A stretch of DNA of 28,740 nt, taken from NCBI GenBank assembly GCA_030141605.1, contig JAQGDQ010001700.1, positions 1 through 28,740 on the forward strand. Reading direction: 5' to 3'. Every line of letters starts with the position of its first letter. Within the stretch, counting starts at the first letter, position 1. Below are positions 1 to 11,064 of the stretch, piece after piece. The stretch is from Tubiluchus corallicola (taxonomy: Eukaryota > Animalia > Priapulida). Both the position numbers and the translations under genes were made by a program. The notes under the pieces were generated by a model. It was not told the origin of the DNA, did no database searches, and worked only from the letters and a program-made list of their open reading frames with translations.

Positions 1-118
1 GTATTTGTATCTATGTATATCTATTTGAGTTTATTTCAATTTCTATTTATTTTCTCTACGCTTCTCCTTGTACATATATTTGCATGGCGAGGATTCATGT
101 GTCAGTTTTAAAAACTGT

Positions 119-123
119 CTAAC
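119..123 (-). CDS. Possible terminal coding exon (A|GT TAG = Ser-stop) of the single-Ig membrane protein gene
   Basis: Minus strand tttatatggtttag|GT TAG immediately after the 36-bp array. Its phase is compatible with exon 2489-2545, and AATAAA occurs on the minus strand at 46-51 and 30-35. Nearby alternative AGs, or an exon outside the window, are equally possible. Confidence 0.3.
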
Positions 124-139
124 CTAAACCATATAAACG

Positions 140-2491
140 ATGTTTAACTTAAAAGCAAACACAGAAACTTACTCAATGTTTAACTTAAAAGCAAATACAG
201 AAACTTACTCAATGTTTAACTCAAAAGCAAATACAGAAACTTACTCAATGTTTAACTTAAAAAGCAAATACAGAAACTTACTCAATGTTTAACTTAAAAG
301 CAAATACAGAAACTTACTCAATGTTTAACTTGAAAGCAAACACAGAAACTTACTCAATGTTTAACTTGAAAGCAAATACAGAAACTTACTCAATGTTTAA
401 CTCAAAAGCAAATACAGAAACTTACTCAATGTTTAACTTAAAAAGCAAATACAGAAACTTACTCAATGTTTAACTTAAAAGCAAATACAGAAACTTACTC
501 AATGTTTAACTTAAAAGCAAATACAGAAACTTACTCAATGTTTAACTTGAAAGCAAATACAGAAACTTACTCAATGTTTAACTTAAAAGCAAACACAGAA
601 ACTTACTCAATGTTTAACTTAAAAGCAAATACAGAAACTTACTCAATGTTTAACTTGAAAGCAAATACAGAAACTTACTCAATGTTTAACTTAAAAGCAA
701 ATACAGAAACTTACTCAATGTTTAACTTAAAAGCAAATACAGAAACTTACTCAATGTTTAACTTAAAAGCAAATACAGAAACTTACTCAATGTTTAACTT
801 AAAAAGCAAATACAGAAACTTACTCAATGTTTAACTTGAAAGCAAATACAGAAACTTACTCAATGTTTAACTCAAAAGCAAATACAGAAACTTACTCAAT
901 GTTTAACTTAAAAAGCAAATACAGAAACTTACTCAATGTTTAACTTAAAAGCAAATACAGAAACTTACTCAATGTTTAACTTGAAAGCAAATACAGAAAC
1001 TTACTCAATGTTTAACTTGAAAGCAAATACAGAAACTTACTCAATGTTTAACTTAAAAGCAAATACAGAAACTTACTCAATGTTTAACTTAAAAGCAAAT
1101 ACAGAAACTTACTCAATGTTTAACTTGAAAGCAAATACAGAAACTTACTCAATGTTTAACTTGAAAGCAAATACGGAAACTTACTCAATGTTTAACTTAA
1201 AAAGCAAATACAGAAACTTACTCAATGTTTAACTTGAAAGCAAATACAGAAACTTACTCAATGTTTAACTTGAAAGCAAATACAGAAACTTACTCAATGT
1301 TTAACTTGAAAGCAAATACAGAAACTTACTCAAAGTTTAACTTGAAAGCAAATACAGAAACTTACTCAATGTTTAACTTAAAAGCAAATACAGAAACTTA
1401 CTCAATGTTTAACTTAAAAGCAAATACAGAAACTTACTCAATGTTTAACTTAAAAGCAAATACAGAAACTTACTCAATGTTTAACTTGAAAGCAAATACA
1501 GAAACTTACTCAATGTTTAACTTAAAAGCAAATACAGAAACTTACTCAATGTTTAACTTGAAAGCAAATACAGAAACTTACTCAATGTTTAACTTGAAAG
1601 CAAATACAGAAACTTACTCAATGTTTAACTTAAAAGCAAATACAGAAACTTACTCAATGTTTAACTTGAAAGCAAATACGTTTTGGTGAAACTTACTCAA
1701 TGTTTAACTTGAAAGCAAATACAGAAACTTACTCAATGTTTAACTTAAAAGCAAATACAGAAACTTACTCAATGTTTAACTTGAAAGCAAATACAGAAAC
1801 TTACTCAATGTTTAACTTGAAAGCAAATACGAAACTTACTCAATGTTTAACTTGAAAAGCAAATACAGAAACTTACTCAATGTTTAACTTAAAAGCAAAT
1901 ACAGAAACTTACTCAATGTTTAACTTGAAAGCAAATACAGAAACTTACTCAATGTTTAACTTGAAAGCAAATACAGAAACTTACTCAATGTTTAACTTGA
2001 AAGCAAATACAGAAACTTACTCAATGTTTAACTTGAAAGCAAATACAGAAACTTACTCAATGTTTAACTTGAAAGCAAATACAGAAACTTACTCAATGTT
2101 TAACTTAAAAGCAAATACAGGAACTTACTCAATGTTTAACTTAAAAGCAAATACAGAAACTTACTCAATGTTTAACTTGAAAGCAAATACAGAAACTTAC
2201 TCAATGTTTAACTTGAAAGCAAATACAGAAACTTACTCAATGTTTAACTTGAAAGCAAATACAGAAACTTACTCAATGTTTAACTTGAAAGCAAATACAG
2301 AAACTTACTCAATGTTTAACTTGAAAGCAAATACAGAAACTTACTCAATGTTTAACTTGAAAGCAAATACGGAAACTTACTCAATGTTTAACTTGAAAGC
2401 AAATACAGAAACTTACTCAATGTTTAACTTGAAAGCAAATACAGAAACTTACTCAATGTTTAACTTAAAAGCAAATACGGAAACTTACTCA
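140..2491. repeat. 36-bp minisatellite, ~65 copies (ATGTTTAACTT(A/G)AAAGCAAATACAGAAACTTACTCA)
   Basis: Near-identical head-to-tail units with occasional 37-bp variants and no unique spacers. The 'MFNLKANTETYS' ORFs are a by-product of a unit length divisible by 3. Confidence 0.98.
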
Positions 2492-2545
2492 TTGAAGCAA
2501 AACTATAGCTAGACTGTGCTGAACCGCCTTCAGAATCCATCCGTC
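2489..2545 (-). CDS. Cytoplasmic-tail exon (x-RMDSEGGSAQSSYSFASM) of the single-Ig membrane protein
   Basis: Minus strand: branch-point-like tctaac, then tttactttatttgtag|GA CGG ATG ... TCA ATG A|gtaagt. The exon is 57 bp, phase 1-1, and open in the frame set by the TM exon. Confidence 0.75.
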   Translation of the reverse strand, partial: DGWILKAVQHSLAIVLLQ

Positions 2546-3588
2546 CTACAAATAAAGTAAATTGGTTAGATATCCGTACGTTTAAATATTGGTGACTAAA
2601 ACACAGGTAGTGATAAGAAAACATGGCTAGTAATCGGGACACTAACAGTTGCTGGTTAAATCCAGTTTTTTCTCTCGGGCAGCTTATCTGTGAAATTGCT
2701 TAGCATCAATTTCTTTCCCAGTTAACTACCGCCTTACTTATTGTAAGAAAAATACTGTAAGTTTATTGGATATAAGTTTTTATTTTTACTTAGACTTGCA
2801 CTCATATCCTGGTTTGCCGGACGAAAGCGGGGAGACATCGGACTGAATTTGCCGATTGACCTTATTTGCCGATATTAAGTTAATGCAGTAGGTGCGGTAT
2901 TAGAATCACGGTAATGTAGAATCAATCGCCTAATTGTCTCAAAAACGTCTAGTACGGGCCGCTCCCGACACAAGCTACACGCGTGTCGTTACATGCTGCT
3001 TGGTTACACTGACGTAATGATGCAAACAAAGTGACGGCCCGTCTACAAGCGGTCAATCTGCGAAACAACGGATTGTGTCTGCAGTACGCTGGACTTTTAA
3101 CAGTCCAGATTTGTCCGATTTTTCCTATATCCGTAAAAGCGAGATCCGGCGACTGACCACAGCACTTAACAACAGGGCTCTGACGAGTGACCTGCATAAG
3201 GAAGGACAGTATAGCTGCTTAGTTCTTATAACCATTAAACAAGCATTACGAGGTACTTAAATTTGTTATCCTTCCTGTAAATGCAAAAAAGGTTGCCGGT
3301 AGACATGCTCACACACGGACATTCATAATAAAAAGTTTGTCCTTGGAGCTAAAATTTATAAACCTTTTTACAGAACATTTCTTGTACGCCTCTTCTTAAG
3401 AGAGCCTCGAGAAAATTGATTCGACTCTCCTCTTAATTTTTACGTTGACCTTGGTTGCTACCAATAGAAAAAGAGAACATTGATTGACCTTGACCTACTC
3501 ACAACTAAACAAGTGAACATTTCTAACCTTACAAGCTGTACAAATCTGCCGTTACATTACCGAGTTGCTGAGTTATCCAGAGTGAAGT

Positions 3589-4092
3589 GGTGATGATGAC
3601 AATGGAAGACCATGACAATGGCAACGGCAACATTAATGATAACGATGATAATGAAAATGCTACGCTCGATGATAATGATAATGAAAATGAAGCTGACAAT
3701 GATGAGTATAATGTTAACGATACTGATGATGATGATGATGATGACGATAATGAAGACAGTGACAATGGCACCGGCAACATTAATGATAACAAAGGTGAAG
3801 ATGATGACGGTGAAAATGATGATAAAAATGCCACACTCGATGATAATGATAATAAAAATGAAGCTGACAATGATGAATATAATGTTAACGATACGGATGA
3901 TGATGATGACAAAAACGGTGATGATGATGATGATGATGACAATGGTGACACACTCTATGATAATGACAATGAAAATAAAGCTGACGACGATGAATATAAT
4001 GTTAACGATACTGGTGATGATGATGAAAATGATAATGATGATGACAATGATGACGGTGATAACGAGGCTGAAGATAACACTAATGACAACGA
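3589..4092. repeat. Cryptic GAT/GAC/AAT trinucleotide low-complexity tract with three internal imperfect copies of a ~70-nt block
   Basis: The block ctc(g/t)atgataatgataatgaaaatgaagctgacaatgatga(g/a)tataatgttaacgatac recurs near 3665, 3836 and 3953. Confidence 0.85.
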
Positions 4093-4109
4093 AAGAATAG
4101 AAAGCATAC

Positions 4110-4136
4110 TTATGTATGACTCAGAATCTCCAACAC
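4110..4136 (-). CDS. Candidate 27-nt cytoplasmic micro-exon (GVGDSESYI)
   Basis: Minus strand ccattttttttcag|GT GTT GGA GAT TCT GAG TCA TAC ATA A|gtatgc. Phase 1-1, so the frame is preserved whether it is included or skipped. Confidence 0.5.
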   Translation of the reverse strand: MLEILSHT

Positions 4137-4328
4137 CTGAAAAAAAATGGAAATCCACGTCAAGTTACTTTTCTCAAGAAAAATATGATTGGTTAATGTG
4201 TTCCGATAAAGTTTATCTACAAGAGCCAAAATAAGGGCAAAGACTAAACCACTGCATAGGATGTGAGTATAATTATGACAAGAATGAGCATTCCACAAGT
4301 TGAGATGAGAAGATCCAATACTTACTAT

Positions 4329-5471
4329 CAGTGATTACTTTAATATGGGATATCTTCTAACACTTAATGACAGTGATTACTTTAATAAGTGATATCTTCT
4401 AACACTCAACGACAGTGATTACTTTAATATGGGATATCTTCTAACACTCAACGACAGTGATTACTTTAATATGGGATATCTTCTAACACTCAACGACAGT
4501 GATTACTTTAATATGGGATATCTTCTAACACTCAATGACAGTGATTACTTTAATATGGGATATCTTCTAACACTCAACGACAGTGATTACTTTAATATGG
4601 GATATCTTCTAACACTCAACGACAGTGATTACTTTAATATGGGATATCTTCTAACACTCAACGACAGTGATTACTTTAATATGGGATATCTTCTAACACT
4701 CAACGACAGTGATTACTTTAATATGGGATATCTTCTAACACTTAACGACAGTGATTACTTTAATATGGGATATCTTCTAACACTCAACGACAGTGATTAC
4801 TTTAATATGGGATATCTTCTAACACTTAATGACAGTGATTACTTTAATATGGGATATCTTCTAACACTCAACGACAGTGATTACTTTAATATGGGATATC
4901 TTCTAACACTCAACGACAGTGATTACTTTAATATGGGATATCTTCTAACACTGGTGTTTTTTTGGGTTTTTTGGTGTTTTTTGGTTTTTTGTGCAACGAC
5001 AGTGATTAATTTAATATGGGATATCTTCTAACACTTAATGACAGTGGTCATTTTAATAAGTGATATCTTCTAACACTCAACGACAGTGATTACTTTAATA
5101 TGGGATATCTTCTAACACTTAATGACAGTGGTTATTTTAATAAGTGATATCTTCTAACACTCAAAAGCAGTGATTTTTTTAATAAGGGATGTCTTCTAAC
5201 ACTCAAAAACAGTGATTATTTTAATAAGGGATATCTTCTAACACTCCATGTCAGTGATTACTTTAATATGGGATATCTTCCAATACTGAAAGGCAGCGAC
5301 TACTTTAATATGAGATATCTTCAAACACTCAATGACAGTGATTACTTCAATATGGGATATCTTCCAGCACTCACAGTCAGTGATTACTTTAACATGGGAT
5401 ATCTTCCAATACCGAGAGGCAGTGACTACTTTAATATGGGATATCTTCCAACAGTTAGTGGCAGTGATTAC
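4329..5471. repeat. 42-bp minisatellite, ~26 copies (ACAGTGATTACTTTAATATGGGATATCTTCTAACACTCAACG)
   Basis: Homogeneous on the left and increasingly divergent after ~5150. It is interrupted by a G/T-only tract at 4953-4993. Confidence 0.97.
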
Positions 5472-5618
5472 ATCTGCATCTAATCGGTGCTTCCGTGTCC
5501 CGCTCTAACCGCACCCAAACTGCACAAAATCTCACAAAGTTCAATTTGCAAACTCCCATTTTGGCTCTTCTTCAAAATCAGTACGACAAAAAGCAAAAGC
5601 AATGAAAATGCAATTTAC

Positions 5619-5738
5619 CCTTATCCTTGAAGAACCACTTTTTTTGAACTAATGCATACAGCAGCAGGACAGCTAAAATTAAACCTAAAAAGCCTATAAC
5701 TAGGCCTACTGCTCCGGCGGATCCCGATCGCGAACTTT
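5619..5738 (-). CDS. Transmembrane exon (ESSRSGSAGAVGLVIGFLGLILAVLLLYALVQKKWFFKDK)
   Basis: Minus strand taattttcag|AA AGT TCG ... GAT AAG G|gtaaat. The exon is 120 bp, phase 1-1, with a ~22-residue hydrophobic stretch followed by the basic stop-transfer segment KKWFFKDK. Confidence 0.88.
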
Positions 5739-5811
5739 CTGAAAATTATATAATGATAACTATTATTATAGCAAACTGGTTAAGTGACGGAAAACATTTT
5801 ACTAATACATG

Positions 5812-6416
5812 CGACTGCAAATAGTGCAATTACAAGTTTCATTGTTGCGCCTGATTAACTTGCTGACCATTGAGAAATTTCACTTTTTACACATTGTTCC
5901 TTAATTTTGTTACAATTGAGTATCTGCAGGTAAAAGCAACCAACGGATCTATTAAGAGAGGTTCTTAAGCTTTGTAATGATCACATTTTTGTGTCAAGAT
6001 CATTTTTGGGTTCTGTGAGTTTTCGGTAGAGTGTTTGACGCTGTTTTGTTCAGCAAATGAAGCATGTTTCACGGAGTATCAGCGGATTTTTCTCAGGCTG
6101 TGAAATTATTTACCTACTTAAACAAAAACAGCCGCCATCTTCAAATAGCTGATGAAATATCCAACCGAAATATGTTTCTTTATCCAAAATGAGTAAAATT
6201 TCACACAGTAGCAACTTAGCAGGAACAATAGGTTGCCATGGTGACTGTGACATACAGTTGCTATGTCCATTGTCCTGCTGTAACTTGTAACATCATGCTG
6301 CCACAATGGATATTGCTAAAGTTGGCATTGCTATGGTGGTTGAGCAATTTTTTGTCTGCCATCTAGGGGCGAATTAAAAAAACAATGCAAGAGCCTAATT
6401 GCACTATTTGCAGTCG
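5812..6416. mobile_element. Probable non-autonomous DNA transposon (MITE), family not assigned
   Basis: Perfect 21-bp inverted repeat: cgactgcaaatagtgcaatta (5812-5832) / taattgcactatttgcagtcg (6396-6416). No coding capacity and no clear TSD. Confidence 0.55.
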
Positions 6417-6538
6417 TACTTGACTGCCATCTAGGGGCGAATTAAAAAAACAATGCAAGAGCCTAATTGCACTATTTGCAGTCGTACTTGACTGCCATCT
6501 AGGGGCGAATTAAAAAAACAATGCAAGAGCGTAATTGC
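6356..6538. repeat. 68-bp tandem repeat, ~2.7 copies, amplifying the right end of the 5812-6416 element
   Basis: ctgccatctaggggcgaattaaaaaaacaatgcaagagc... starts at 6356, 6424 and 6492. Confidence 0.93.
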
Positions 6539-6707
6539 CCTACTTGTGATATATAGTCGTGTGACATTACGGATTAGAATCAGTAATGCGTGATTATTCC
6601 ACACAGTGTCTGTTTCCTATTCTCAAATGAAACTGACATTTTAATTTGTTTTAAACAATTGTCGTTTAAGATTGCTAGGTTTGAGTAACAACATTGTAAA
6701 CATTAAC

Positions 6708-7085
6708 CTTCTGAAGGAACAACATGGTCTTTAGCATCAACAACAAGCTCCGCGGCAAACTTTTTCTCCTCGCTTTTGGTTTTCACCACCAGGGTGTACG
6801 TTCCCTCGTCGCCCTTTTCCACCAGCAATATGATCAACTCTGCCCTGTAGCAATTAGATTTTTTGCCAGAGAGAGGAGCAATGTGAGCCACCATTCGCTG
6901 ACCGACACCCTTGATCGGAGGGGTGAGGTCGATCGACCCGCCCTTCCACTTCCACTCGGCTTTCGTGTAGTTGGTATCAGAACAAAAGGACAGCTTGATC
7001 AAGGCTGTGTTATCACTGAAGCCATTAAAACTTGTTCGACTCTTAGGCAGCAAAGACAATCTTTCTGGCTTCATCATCAATGCAG
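6708..7085 (-). CDS. Ig-like domain exon of a Fasciclin-3-like type I membrane protein
   Basis: Acceptor ttatttag|CT GCA TTG ATG and donor GAA G|gttaat; 378 bp, phase 1-1, typical of Ig-domain exons. The motif order FCSD..W.W....CY.A.L.I..V...D.G.Y.L.V matches the D-x-G-x-Y Ig F strand and, from memory, the membrane-proximal domain of arthropod Fasciclin-3-like proteins. Confidence 0.88.
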
Positions 7086-8129
7086 CTAAATAACGACTAG
7101 CTTAAATAAGAGCAGAATATTATAACATTCAGAAAATGAAAGAAATTCATGCATATAATAGACAGTCCTGTTAATTCCTTCATTACCGTAAGCGTTTGCT
7201 ACATTTTGCAATGGTTTAAGAAAAACTGCTCTCACTAAGCAACGATTATGTTACAGTTGGTAATCTTTGTAGGTTTCTACTCCTCACACAATGGATTTTC
7301 ACGAAAAATTATATATGAAATGCATTTGTTTACCTTACACAAATTAAAAATCCATTTTTGACGAAAAAAATTGAAATACATTTTCAGTAACTACAGTGTT
7401 TGGGCTGTAACAAGGCACAGTACCACTTGTGTGAAATTGGCTAATGCAGAAAATTTCAACTATCCAGACACAACACACTGATACACTTTCGCTCCGGACA
7501 CAACACACTGACACACTTTAGACTCAAGTCTACTCTATTTTGAAGGAGAAATTCCTGTTAAAAGATGAAACTGTCTTAATTTCTCCTTGGCTGATTGGCT
7601 TGTTTTTCCTCGAATAGCAGCAGAACACTGCACAGCTTGGGCTATAGCAAGCAGGCGATCAATAAATTAGCGTGTACGATCATGCAAGTGTACACCAGAC
7701 TCAGCTACTCAATAGGCCAAGTTGGAGTGCCTGAAATGGACGTGTTTTTCTTAATTTTATCCAGTTAAATCACTTATAATATCGTGATTAAAACTTCAAA
7801 GCATTTTTTGTATAATATATATGTATTATCATATGTACACATCCACATCCACACGCACACCCCGACCATCAACACTACCCCCACCCCCACCCCCACTGTA
7901 TTTGACCTTCAAGTCACTTACATAGCATGCATACCTTCTTTGTCTGATTGTGTTTTTAGCGAACCGTTTCTTGAAAACTGCAGCCCATCAAATACTGAAA
8001 ATAGCAAGAAATACAGTAAGTCCTCGCTTAACGACACTTACGCGTTTCTACAAAACCATTGCTTAACTAAAAATTAGATTAATCATCACCAATGTTAGGG
8101 ATGTATCTGATCCGGTTCCGGATCCCAAT

Positions 8130-9252
8130 TAGTGATGGGCAATTAACAGATTAAACAAATTAACCGAGATTACAATCATGCAAAAATTGATATAATCCGC
8201 AATTGAACAATACAGTCTAGCCTCGTTATCTCGCCCCTCGTTATGCCGCCAAACTCGTCTCTCGCCATAGAAAGTACCAGGACGGATTTCCTGCTTTGAT
8301 ATTTACCTCGTTAAGTCGCCACCCTCGCTTCTCGCCCTCGCCACGTCATGCTAGGATGAGTGCTTATGTAAACTATATTCGTTATGTTGCCAAACAGACA
8401 AACTCAGAGGTGAATCCATCAATACATATACCACGTGTCGATCAATATAACCGCGGTATGTAGACAATGCTGCTGTACTCGATAGACAGACATAATTAAT
8501 CTAGTGTGTGTCTCACCAGGATTAGATTAGGAGTGTTGTGGTTGGTTAATGCGCAGAGAAACTAAAGCGTCACCGATATCCTCACTCTATAACACCAAAG
8601 CTGCATTTAAGTTTGAGTTTCCACAAAGTGTGAGCAACTTTACATGATGTCTCTGAAGCGAAAACGGTATCATAATGCGAGATATATTTTATATGTACAT
8701 AGAGGAACACTATGTTAATCAATTATTATATATATACATATAGACTAACTTCATTATATTCCCGTTATCTCACCATACTCGCCTCTCGCCAAAAATTTGC
8801 CCTAGACGGACAGTGGCGAGATAATGAGACTAGACTGTAATTCAGTTAATCAAGAGCAAAATATACGTGTTACACGCTGACTAAAAGGCAGTGTTTTAGC
8901 ACAAACAAATGGAATTCTTGCACCTTTTCTTAGTTTTACTCGCCTTATATGCTGCACACAATTGCAAACTACAGTATTTCAAACTGGGGCTTCTTATTCG
9001 TTTTCACGTCAAGTGTGTAGTGACATGGTCATAGAGAAGTTGTACGTGTATATAAAAATAGTTTGCGAGTATGAAAATGGCAGACAGCGACGAAAGCCAT
9101 GAAGAAGTTTATAGACTATATTTCAGTGCTGCAATGTTTGAAAAAAATGGCAAAAACGCTCAAAAATTACCGCAAAAGATTAATCGTAATATCGAATTAC
9201 AAGAACAAGATTGTGATCAAATCAGAAAATTTTTCAAAATCACCCATCGCTA
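8130..9252. mobile_element. hAT-like non-autonomous element inserted in the 8096-10974 element
   Basis: TIR tagtgatgggcaatt / aatcacccatcgcta, with (A)ATC/GATT subterminal repeats. The TSD is degenerate. Confidence 0.65.
8213..8837. mobile_element. Tc1/mariner (pogo/Tigger-type) MITE
   Basis: 23-bp TIR cagtctagcctcgttatctcgcc / ggcgagataatgagactagactg (2 mismatches), flanked by TA on both sides, with internal ctcgcc repeats. Confidence 0.9.
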
Positions 9253-9922
9253 GTCCATAGATCCAGGAATTTTAATGGATCCTGATCTGATCAGAAATGT
9301 TTGTCAAATTTTGAACTGTTTGTCGTATTTCTATTTTTCTTTTGTTGTGTAAAACTACTGATAGGCTACCAATTGTGAAAAAATAAAGCAGGTAAGATAA
9401 AAATATACAAACAGTTTTTAATTACCTGAACAGTCTTAATTACCTTAATTACCTTAAAGAATTTGAAGACTTTCTATTAAAACTTTCAGATATTTACAAT
9501 TTATGTATCATTTAGTTCTTATGCCACCATGCTTGCAGTGCAGAAGATATCAGTAATCTTCACATTTTAGTTCACAGCAAGGAGCGTATAAGAGTACTGA
9601 TATTGCTGCAAAATGTCTGCAAAAATTCAGAGCCATCTGATTTCAGTAAAAGTGCAGTTTGAACACGTTCTGGTAGGCAAATTCAGAGACCTAAGTTTCT
9701 TAATGATTATGTTACCTAGTTTGAGTATTGATAACCTTGATGTTGACCTTTAATTTTGTGACCTTGATATCTGCTTACATTGATGTTTTTCAGTTTAGTT
9801 GGTCTATGTTACTTACTTTTAAAAGGAAGAGCATGTGACATGTTCTTATCTATGGTTTATATTTTAATGTTTGTGCTCACTAAGGTTTCCTCCTCACTGT
9901 TTTAGCGGGCAAGCCACTAGGC

Positions 9923-10423
9923 CAGGGGTGTGCAAAGTGCAGCCCGCGGGCCACATGCGGCCCGCTGAGAGAATTTGTGCGGCCTGCGAAGAGATTTTTC
10001 AACCTAATGAAAGTGAGGTCCGGGCGATTAATTGAGTGTATCCAGCTGAAGTCTGTGCCACAATCCCAAAGATAGTGCGGGTAGTTTTTTCTACTAGATC
10101 GGATGCCATTAACCCTTACAAGACGGTTGTAGCTTAATGTCACTGTACTACGCAGACTGTGTGATACACATTACTAATATGCGTTGTAATGAAATTTTGA
10201 CTATCTGTCCTGAAAGTAGAAATATATGGTTTGTAATATAAATTTTAATGAATTCTAAAATAGTTTCTTGTGTGTAGTAGTAATGATGTACGCAGGTCGG
10301 ATGCAAAAAAAATTGTTATTAGGTCCTACTGTACTTGGCTCCTTGATCAAACTGCCTGTGGTCCACAGGAATTACGGGAATGTTTAATGTGGCCCAGCTA
10401 GTCAGATAATTTGCACACTCCTG
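9923..10423. mobile_element. hAT (Charlie-like) MITE
   Basis: TIR caggggtgtgcaaa / tttgcacactcctg, perfect 8-bp TSD cactaggc (9915-9922, 10424-10431), and gcggccc subterminal motifs. Confidence 0.92.
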
Positions 10424-10666
10424 CACTAGGCGTTACATTCTATAGACTTACTTATCATGGCAGCAGTCTTTGTGAATAAACAGATTAATAAGCAAGAAAG
10501 ATTTATGTTTTAAATGTTCTATAAAGTTTCTAACAAAGTTACAAATGTTGCCAAGACGTTACAGTTTGGTGTTTTTTTTAGTTAAAATCCGGAACGAATC
10601 AAATATTCAAAGTTACATTACATCAATGTTTGCAGTGTTTCCACTTAAAATTACCCGATGACCCTG

Positions 10667-10854
10667 AAAATGGACAGGCGATGACACCACATCGGTTAAA
10701 ATGGACAGGCGATGACACCACATCGGTTAAAATGGACAGGCGATGACACCACATCGGTTAAAATGGACAGGCGATGACAACCACATCGGTTAAAATGGAC
10801 AGGCGATGACACCACATCGGTTAAAATGGACAGGCGATGACAACCACATCGGTT
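10667..10854. repeat. 31/32-bp minisatellite, 6 copies (AAAATGGACAGGCGATGACA(A)CCACATCGGTT)
   Basis: Six contiguous near-identical units with no spacers. Confidence 0.96.
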
Positions 10855-11007
10855 ATACAAAACGTTGAACAAAACATTAAACAAATGAGATATCATTTGC
10901 ATTGATTTGTAGATCTGGAACCAAAACCGAATCCAGAGCATGCAGATCCGGATCCTGAATCTGCTGCTTCCCTAATTAACACTCAATTTATTCAATTAAA
11001 AGCTTAC

Positions 11008-11064
11008 CATACATTGATTTGTTGTTAAATTCTATTTCATGGTCATCAATGGTAGAAAGAAAGT
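11008..11064 (-). CDS. Short N-terminal extracellular exon (DFLSTIDDHEIEFNNKSMY)
   Basis: Minus strand caatttttcag|AC TTT CTT ... ATG TAT G|gtaagc. The exon is 57 bp, phase 1-1, and in frame with both neighbouring exons. Confidence 0.78.

Larger units (their letters stand above)
8096..10974. mobile_element. Old hAT-like non-autonomous element, outermost of a nested cluster
   Basis: Begins TAGGGATG and ends ...CTTCCCTA. GATCCG/GGATC subterminal repeats occur at 8109-8126, resume at 9259-9292 after an insertion, and recur at 10912-10960. No TSD is visible. Confidence 0.5.

Noticed and set aside
140-2491. CRISPR array, or a repeat protein (MFNLKANTETYS)n
   Set aside because: The 36-bp length is CRISPR-like, but units are contiguous with no unique spacers, there are no cas genes and the context is eukaryotic. 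The ORFs are broken by 37-bp units.
2790-3210. Hammerhead ribozyme (CTGACGAG at ~3180) or a MITE with degenerate inverted ends
   Set aside because: No stem II followed by GAAA after the CTGACGA. The inverted similarity between ~2800-2850 and ~3100-3155 is too weak to call.
3502-3534. Extra 33-nt minus-strand exon (tgtacag|...|gtgagt)
   Set aside because: Weak polypyrimidine tract, and joining it to exon 2489-2545 creates T|GA stop.
4429-5483. (MGYLLTLNDSDYFN)n ORFs, and common ancestry of the 36- and 42-bp repeats
   Set aside because: The ORFs follow from a 42-nt unit. The shared acag..ttact..aat is too short in AT-rich DNA to show homology.
9071-9253. 60-aa ORF with ATG (MKMADSDES...)
   Set aside because: It lies inside the end of a hAT-like element and runs into its TIR; no recognisable domain.
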